Positions 59,111 to 64,000 of a stretch of DNA of 64,000 bases are shown here, piece by piece (position 1 is the first letter of the stretch; every line of letters starts with the position of its first letter). The notes beneath the pieces were generated by a model. The model had not been told where the DNA came from. It searched no databases and saw only the letters and a program-made list of their open reading frames with translations. The position numbers were made by a program, and so were the translations under genes. This DNA comes from an uncultured SAR86 cluster bacterium (GTDB lineage Bacteria > Pseudomonadota > Gammaproteobacteria > Magnimaribacterales > D2472): the NCBI GenBank assembly GCA_902509965.1, contig CABWZP010000002.1, forward strand, positions 23,652 through 87,651, read 5' to 3'.

Positions 59111-59407
59111 TTAATTCCACTCTAAAACAATGTTTCCTGATCTTGGGTCTGTTACACCTAGCTCTGGAGATATCTCTTCCAGTAAATCTCTCATTTTATC
59201 AAGGTTGCCTATCATTGCAGGTCTTGCACTAACCATTGCATCTTCTGATTCCCATGCTCCAACAGCTACATACTCTCTTTCACCTGTATGAACAAGCGTG
59301 GAATAAGTTTCACCTTCTTGCATAACAAAAGTATTAAAAACTTCTAAGAATTTTTCTTCATTTCCTTCTTTTACAATAAATCTCACGATATTCGAATAAG
59401 CGCTCAT
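59111..59407 (-). CDS. ABM (antibiotic-biosynthesis-monooxygenase-like) ferredoxin-fold protein
   Basis: 98 aa. 'VRFIVKEGNEEKFLEVF...' and 'VGAWESEDAMVSA' fit the ABM/dimeric alpha-beta-barrel pattern. 34 bp upstream of the 574-aa gene on the same strand. Confidence 0.6.
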   Translation of the reverse strand: MSAYSNIVRFIVKEGNEEKFLEVFNTFVMQEGETYSTLVHTGEREYVAVGAWESEDAMVSARPAMIGNLDKMRDLLEEISPELGVTDPRSGNIVLEWN

Positions 59408-59530
59408 ATGTTTTTCCTTATAAAATATTTACTTTGTAATAATGCCATAGAGGTTTGTATTAATAAAATACATTCATTTATTTTGTAGGACAAAAAATTG
59501 AAGTTACTAGAAATATTTAGATTCTAAAAA

Positions 59531-60151
59531 CTATGTCTTTAAAGCCGAACCCCAATAATTGTAACCAGCAAAACTTGGAGTGCTTGGTAGGTACATCTGC
59601 TCCATATTTTCTATTTCAAAACCTGCTGAGGTAATAAGTTGCGGGATATTTCTATTTAGATGACAGCCACCTGCAATTTTTCCCCATATTGGATCAATTC
59701 TACTTTGCCATTTAGCAACTTTTGGATCAGGAGCAAGTCCATGCTCACAAAAGATCAATCTTCCATCTGGTTTTAGCACTCGAAGCATTTCTTTATTTGC
59801 TTCAATAACTTCTGGAATAGTGCACATAGTATAAGTAATTAAAACTGTATCCACGTGATTATCAGGCAAAGGAATATCTTCAGCACCACAAAGCATAAAG
59901 TCGACATCAATTTTATTTTCCTCTGCAACACCTATTGCAAGGTTATTAAGTTCTTCTGATGGATCAAGGCCGATGACCTTATCGATTTTTGTCATATCGT
60001 AAAATGGAATATTTAGCCCTGAGCCAATTCCTACATCCAATACAAGTCCTTTAGCTAAAGGTACAACTTTCTTTCTTTGATAATTAATGGGCTTAGAGCC
60101 GCAAGTGCAGTTTAAAACTTTTGGCAATACATATTTATTATAAAGACCCAT
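59531..60151 (-). CDS. class I SAM-dependent methyltransferase (type 11)
   Basis: 206 aa. Motif I 'VLDVGIGSGLN', 'LKPDGRLIF'. Confidence 0.8.
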   Translation of the reverse strand: MGLYNKYVLPKVLNCTCGSKPINYQRKKVVPLAKGLVLDVGIGSGLNIPFYDMTKIDKVIGLDPSEELNNLAIGVAEENKIDVDFMLCGAEDIPLPDNHVDTVLITYTMCTIPEVIEANKEMLRVLKPDGRLIFCEHGLAPDPKVAKWQSRIDPIWGKIAGGCHLNRNIPQLITSAGFEIENMEQMYLPSTPSFAGYNYWGSALKT

Positions 60152-60153
60152 AA

Positions 60154-61035
60154 CTAATCCTCAATTTCTCTTAAAGTCTCCTCAATACCTGTTGAACCCA
60201 TAGACATTCCACTAATTCGCATATCACCCAACTCTTCTTGAGCAGCCTCACGCATACCTTTAATTAAACCGGTTCTATCTACCGTTAAACCTCCATCTAC
60301 ACATAGGTTGTGTCCAGTGACAAATCTAGATTCATCTGAAGCTAAAAACAAAGCTGCATAAGCTATATCTAATGGTTGACCAAGTTCCTCAATTGGCTGA
60401 AGTCCTTTAATACGCTCATCCCAATCATCAGAAAGACCATTAAGAAGAGGGGTACTAATAGCGCCTGGAGAAATACTATTTACCCGTATTTTAAATTCAC
60501 CTAGCTCTAATGCAGTAGTTTGAGATAAATTTATAACTGCAGCTTTTGCAGCTGAGTAGGCTTGTGGACCGCCTCCTCCTGACATACCAGCAATTGATGC
60601 TGTATTAATAATGGAGGCACCATTAGCATTCTTTTTCATTTCGACCGAGGCATGCTTAATACCCATGAAAACTGATTTTAGAAGTATTGCCATAGATTGA
60701 TCCCATTCATCTGCATCAATATCACTTATAGATCCAAATGCTCCACCAAGTCCAGCATTGTTAAATAAAATATCTAATTGGCCAAATTCATCCATAGCAC
60801 TTTTAACCATGGACTCTATAGCAGCTTCTCTAGATACATCAGCAATTACACTGATAGCATTATCTTTAAAGCCTTTCTGCGAAACTAAATTCATAGTTTC
60901 TTCTAATGTAGTTTGATTGATATCAGCAAGGACAACCTGAGCACCTTCTTCTAAAAATAACAAAGAGGTTTCTCGACCAATGCCACTCCCAGCACCAGTA
61001 ATTATTGCAACTTTACTATTTAATCTTTCGCCCAT
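60154..61035 (-). CDS. short-chain dehydrogenase/reductase (classical SDR)
   Basis: 293 aa. 'AIITGAGSGIGRE', 'NNAG', 'YSAAKAAV', 'PGAIST'. Confidence 0.88.
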   Translation of the reverse strand: MGERLNSKVAIITGAGSGIGRETSLLFLEEGAQVVLADINQTTLEETMNLVSQKGFKDNAISVIADVSREAAIESMVKSAMDEFGQLDILFNNAGLGGAFGSISDIDADEWDQSMAILLKSVFMGIKHASVEMKKNANGASIINTASIAGMSGGGGPQAYSAAKAAVINLSQTTALELGEFKIRVNSISPGAISTPLLNGLSDDWDERIKGLQPIEELGQPLDIAYAALFLASDESRFVTGHNLCVDGGLTVDRTGLIKGMREAAQEELGDMRISGMSMGSTGIEETLREIED

Positions 61036-61118
61036 ATTTTTTATACCTCTTACTAGATTCTATAGAATAAATCGGTACCAAACCATATACTTAATATATA
61101 TTTTTTGGAGATTTTATA

Positions 61119-62117
61119 ATGGAAAAAGTTTTAGTTTCAGGTGTATCAGGTTTTATTGGCATGCATTGTGCAAAACAGCTTTTAGATAAAGGTTACCAAG
61201 TCGTGGGAACAACACGATCTTCAAGCAAGCATGATGAGGTGATGGGTGCGATAGGTCATGAAAATTTAAGTTTAGTAAACGCTGATCTTTTATCAGATGA
61301 AAATTGGGACAGTGCTATTGAGGGTTGTGACTATGTATTGCATGTCGCATCTCCAGTTATGATGGGCGAACCAGATCATGAAGATGTTTTAGTTAAACCT
61401 GCTAAAGAAGGAACTATGAGAGTAGTTCAATTAGCTGCAAAACATAAAGTGAAAAGGGTGGTAATTACATCATCAGTTGCAGCAGTATCATATGGTCCGC
61501 ATCATCATAAAGATCATTTTGATGATACAGACTGGTCAGATATAAATGATCCAGGAATTCCTTCATATAATAAAAGTAAAACAGTTGCTGAAAAAGCTGC
61601 AAGAGAATATGTAGCAGGATTAAGTGGAGAGGATAAATTAGAAATCTGTACTATGCATCCAGCTTTAGTTGTAGGACCATCACTTTCAAGTGATATTGGT
61701 GAATCTAATACCGTAGTAAAAAGAATGCTTGATGGTTCAACCCCAGGCACTCCGAAGCTTCATATGGGATTTGTGGATGTTAGAGATGTGGCTGCAATGC
61801 ATGTAGCAGCAATGACAGCAGAAGGTGCAGCAGGGCAAAGATTTATATTATCTGAAAGCTCATTATGGTTAGCAGAAATGGCAACTATTCTGAGAAATGC
61901 TGGATTTAATAAAGCGCCCAAAAGAAATATTCCAAACTTTGTGTTAAAAATTATTGCATTACGTGATAAAGACTTAGCTGGAACTATTCCTTTACTTGGA
62001 AGAGTCGGCACTTATGATATTTCAAAAACAAAAGATATTTTAGGATGGCAACCAACCAAAGCTGCTGATGCAATTGTAGATACTGCTGAGCATTTAAAGG
62101 CCAAAGGTTTGATTTAA
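61119..62117 (+). CDS. NAD(P)-dependent epimerase/dehydratase-family aldehyde/ketone reductase (dihydroflavonol-reductase-like extended SDR)
   Basis: 332 aa. 'VLVSGVSGFIGMH', 'YNKSK', 'VDVRDVAAMH'. Confidence 0.8.
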   Translation: MEKVLVSGVSGFIGMHCAKQLLDKGYQVVGTTRSSSKHDEVMGAIGHENLSLVNADLLSDENWDSAIEGCDYVLHVASPVMMGEPDHEDVLVKPAKEGTMRVVQLAAKHKVKRVVITSSVAAVSYGPHHHKDHFDDTDWSDINDPGIPSYNKSKTVAEKAAREYVAGLSGEDKLEICTMHPALVVGPSLSSDIGESNTVVKRMLDGSTPGTPKLHMGFVDVRDVAAMHVAAMTAEGAAGQRFILSESSLWLAEMATILRNAGFNKAPKRNIPNFVLKIIALRDKDLAGTIPLLGRVGTYDISKTKDILGWQPTKAADAIVDTAEHLKAKGLI

Positions 62118-62131
62118 TATAAAAAGAGAAG

Positions 62132-62207
62132 TGGCTCCCCGAGCAAGGCTCGAACTTGCGACAAATTGATTAACAGTCAACTGCTCTACCAACTGAGCTA
62201 TCGGGGA
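62132..62207 (-). tRNA. tRNA-Asn (anticodon GTT), CCA encoded
   Basis: The reverse complement folds by hand into a 76-nt cloverleaf: acceptor TCCCCGA/TCGGGGA, D-arm GCTC-AGTTGGTA-GAGC, anticodon stem GTTGA/TCAAT with loop CTGTTAA, T-arm GCAAG-TTCGAGC-CTTGC, discriminator G, CCA. Confidence 0.95.
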
Positions 62208-62218
62208 ACGCGTTGAGC

Positions 62219-62226
62219 ATTATAAT
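62219..62226. promoter_or_regulatory. palindromic ATTATAAT, possible back-to-back -10 elements for tRNA-Asn (minus) and uvrB (plus)
   Basis: The octamer reads TATAAT on both strands (62221-62226 plus; 62224-62219 minus). It sits in the only 49 bp available between the tRNA 5' end (62207) and the uvrB ATG (62257). Confidence 0.3.
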
Positions 62227-62256
62227 TAATTTTTTAAGAAATAAGTACAAATATTT

Positions 62257-64000
62257 ATGACAAAAACATTAAAGGTTGTTTCTGACTTTGAACCAGCAGG
62301 CAGTCAACCAGAAGCTATATCCAGTTTAGTAGGAGGCCTAAATGATGGATTATTGCATCAGGTGCTGCTTGGAGTAACCGGTGCTGGTAAAACTTATACT
62401 ATGGCTAAGGTTATTGAAGAAACCCAAAGACCTGCAATTGTCATGGTGCACAACAAAACTCTAGCAGCACAGTTATATGGTGAATTTAGAGATTTCTTTC
62501 CAAATAATTCAGTTGAGTATTTTGTTTCTTACTATGATTACTACCAGCCAGAAGCCTACGTACCAACATCAGATACTTACATAGCTAAGGATGCTTCTAT
62601 CAATGAGCATATTGAGCAAATGCGCCTTTCTGCAACCAAAGCTCTCTTAGAAAGAAAAGACACCATAGTTATAGCAACTGTCTCATCTATCTATGGTTTA
62701 GGTGCTCCGGAGTCTTATTTAAAAATGGTTATGCACCTAGACAGAGGTGACATTGTTGATCAAAGAGACCTTTTAAGGCGATTGTCTACACTGCAATATA
62801 CCCGTAATGATCTTGATTTTAGGCGGGCTACATTTAGAGTAAGAGGCGATACTATTGATGTTTATCCTGCTGATTCAGACAGCGAAGCTTTGCGCATAGA
62901 ATTATTTGGAGATGAAATAGAAAAGTTATCTTGGTTTGATCCTTTAACAGGAAGTATTATCAATGAAACACCAAGAGCGACTATTTTTCCTAAAACTCAT
63001 TATGTAACTCCTAAAGCAACCGTGCTCGGATGTATTGATGACATCAAAATTGAGCTTAAAGAGCGGTTAGATTATTTAAGGTCTATTAATAAATTGGTTG
63101 AAGCGCAAAGATTAGAGGAGCGGACCCGTTATGACATTGAGATGATGCAAGAACTTGGATATTGTCAGGGCGTTGAAAATTATTCACGTTACTTATCAGG
63201 TAGAGAGCCAGGTCAATCGCCACCGTGTTTATTTGACTACATTCCAAAAGATGCAATTGTTTTTATTGACGAATCACACGTATCTGTTCCACAAATAGGC
63301 GCTATGTATAAGGGCGATAGATCTAGAAAAGAGACTTTGGTTGAATATGGATTCCGATTGCCATCAGCAATGGATAATCGTCCCTTAAAATTTGATGAAT
63401 GGGAGGAGTTAGCTCCGCAAAGAGTTTATGTTTCAGCAACTCCTAATAAGTACGAGATGGAGCGCAAAGATAATTTAGTTGAATTACTTGTCAGGCCAAC
63501 TGGTTTAACTGATCCTGATGTAGAAATCCGACCAGCCGGTACACAGGTTGACGATGTTATTGGTGAATGCAATGAGCGAGTTAAGTTAAAAGAAAAAGTA
63601 TTAATAACAACTTTAACTAAAAGAATGGCGGAGGATTTAACTGATTATCTTAATGAGAATGGTATCAAATCAAGATATATGCATTCAGATATTGATACGG
63701 TTGAAAGGGTAGAGATAATTAGAGATCTACGATTAGGAGCTTTTGATGTTTTAGTGGGGATCAATTTATTAAGAGAGGGCTTGGATATTCCCGAGGTTAG
63801 CCTTGTTGCAATATTAGATGCAGATAAAGAAGGTTTCTTAAGATCAGAAACAACCATGATTCAAACGATAGGAAGGGCTGCAAGAAATATTAGAGGCAAA
63901 GCTATTTTATATGCAGATAAAATCACAGGTTCTATGCAAAGAGCTATTGATGAGACAGATCGAAGGAGAGATATTCAAGAGATTTTTAACAAAGAAAATA
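62257..64000 (+). CDS. uvrB: excinuclease ABC subunit B, 3' end outside window
   Basis: Absent from the ORF track because it has no stop inside the window. ATG at 62257, and the frame stays open to the last base. The translation '[21 protein letters not shown]...[14 protein letters not shown]...[10 protein letters not shown]...' is unmistakably UvrB. Confidence 0.96.
   Translation, partial: MTKTLKVVSDFEPAGSQPEAISSLVGGLNDGLLHQVLLGVTGAGKTYTMAKVIEETQRPAIVMVHNKTLAAQLYGEFRDFFPNNSVEYFVSYYDYYQPEAYVPTSDTYIAKDASINEHIEQMRLSATKALLERKDTIVIATVSSIYGLGAPESYLKMVMHLDRGDIVDQRDLLRRLSTLQYTRNDLDFRRATFRVRGDTIDVYPADSDSEALRIELFGDEIEKLSWFDPLTGSIINETPRATIFPKTHYVTPKATVLGCIDDIKIELKERLDYLRSINKLVEAQRLEERTRYDIEMMQELGYCQGVENYSRYLSGREPGQSPPCLFDYIPKDAIVFIDESHVSVPQIGAMYKGDRSRKETLVEYGFRLPSAMDNRPLKFDEWEELAPQRVYVSATPNKYEMERKDNLVELLVRPTGLTDPDVEIRPAGTQVDDVIGECNERVKLKEKVLITTLTKRMAEDLTDYLNENGIKSRYMHSDIDTVERVEIIRDLRLGAFDVLVGINLLREGLDIPEVSLVAILDADKEGFLRSETTMIQTIGRAARNIRGKAILYADKITGSMQRAIDETDRRRDIQEIFNKEN

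Noticed and set aside
61057-61068. A perfect 12-bp palindrome, ATTCTATAGAAT, between the divergent SDR and epimerase-family genes, considered as an operator.
   Set aside because: Six-bp half-site palindromes are expected many times by chance in 64 kb of AT-rich DNA, and no regulator gene is nearby. I keep it only as a note.
55754-62207. A genomic island integrated at the 3' end of tRNA-Asn. The block of sulfotransferase, arsC-like, orphan membrane protein, ABM, methyltransferase and SDR genes lies on the 3' side of the tRNA.
   Set aside because: There is no integrase, transposase or phage gene. I could not find a partial direct repeat of the tRNA 3' end by eye in the preceding ~10 kb. I also saw no obvious compositional break. 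A proper repeat search (the tRNA 3' 15-25 nt against the window) would settle it.

Overview
This is a 64-kb, visibly AT-rich and extremely compact chromosomal segment. By my own coordinate tally about 1.5 kb (roughly 2.3%) is non-genic, and the largest intergenic gap is 171 bp. I call 66 protein-coding genes, one tRNA-Asn(GTT), two near-consensus LexA (SOS) boxes and one operator-like inverted repeat. I saw no rRNA, CRISPR array, transposase, integrase or phage gene. The synteny (topA...lexA; aroC-leuCDB-asd-fimV-truA-trpFBA-accD-SPOR-cvpA-purF; ppi-lpxH; prpBCD plus acnB) is gammaproteobacterial and Pseudomonas-like. The composition and packing suggest a streamlined marine lineage, but that is inference and I cannot name the taxon.

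Content by region:
- 424-9516: an Atu-like acyl-CoA carboxylase / AtuA / hydratase / split acyl-CoA dehydrogenase operon with an internal TetR.
- 9.6-19 kb: redox and lipid genes (GST, exported MsrA-CPYC-MsrB fusion, flavin reductase, nitronate monooxygenase, rraA, acyltransferase, a second tandem ACAD pair, Zn-ADH, sirtuin).
- 19-27 kb: housekeeping genes (nadK, rhomboid, galU, pyrD, topA, lexA).
- 27-47 kb: an essentially gapless plus-strand array of 22 genes (5'-nucleotidase, thrH, queH, prpBCD, aroC, leu, asd, fimV-like, truA, trp, accD, cvpA, purF).
- 47-64 kb: acnB, several poorly characterised membrane or secreted proteins, umuDC, lpxH, a PPIase, a sulfotransferase, an arsC-type phosphatase, an orphan 574-aa membrane protein, small oxidoreductases, tRNA-Asn and uvrB (runs off the window).

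I found no canonical defence island or mobile element. The best candidates for something undescribed are:
1. The ABM-protein plus 574-aa orphan multi-pass membrane protein pair (57352-59407).
2. The variant Atu-like operon, in which the dehydrogenase is a large/small ACAD pair with the catalytic base apparently on one subunit only. This architecture is duplicated at 14774-17137.
3. A LexA box shared by lexA and a divergent operon headed by a eukaryote-type (NT5C1A-like) 5'-nucleotidase.
4. A translationally coupled operon of a secreted His/Met-rich protein, a MAPEG protein and a DUF1295 protein next to umuDC.

All family calls come from reading the translations by eye; no database search was run.
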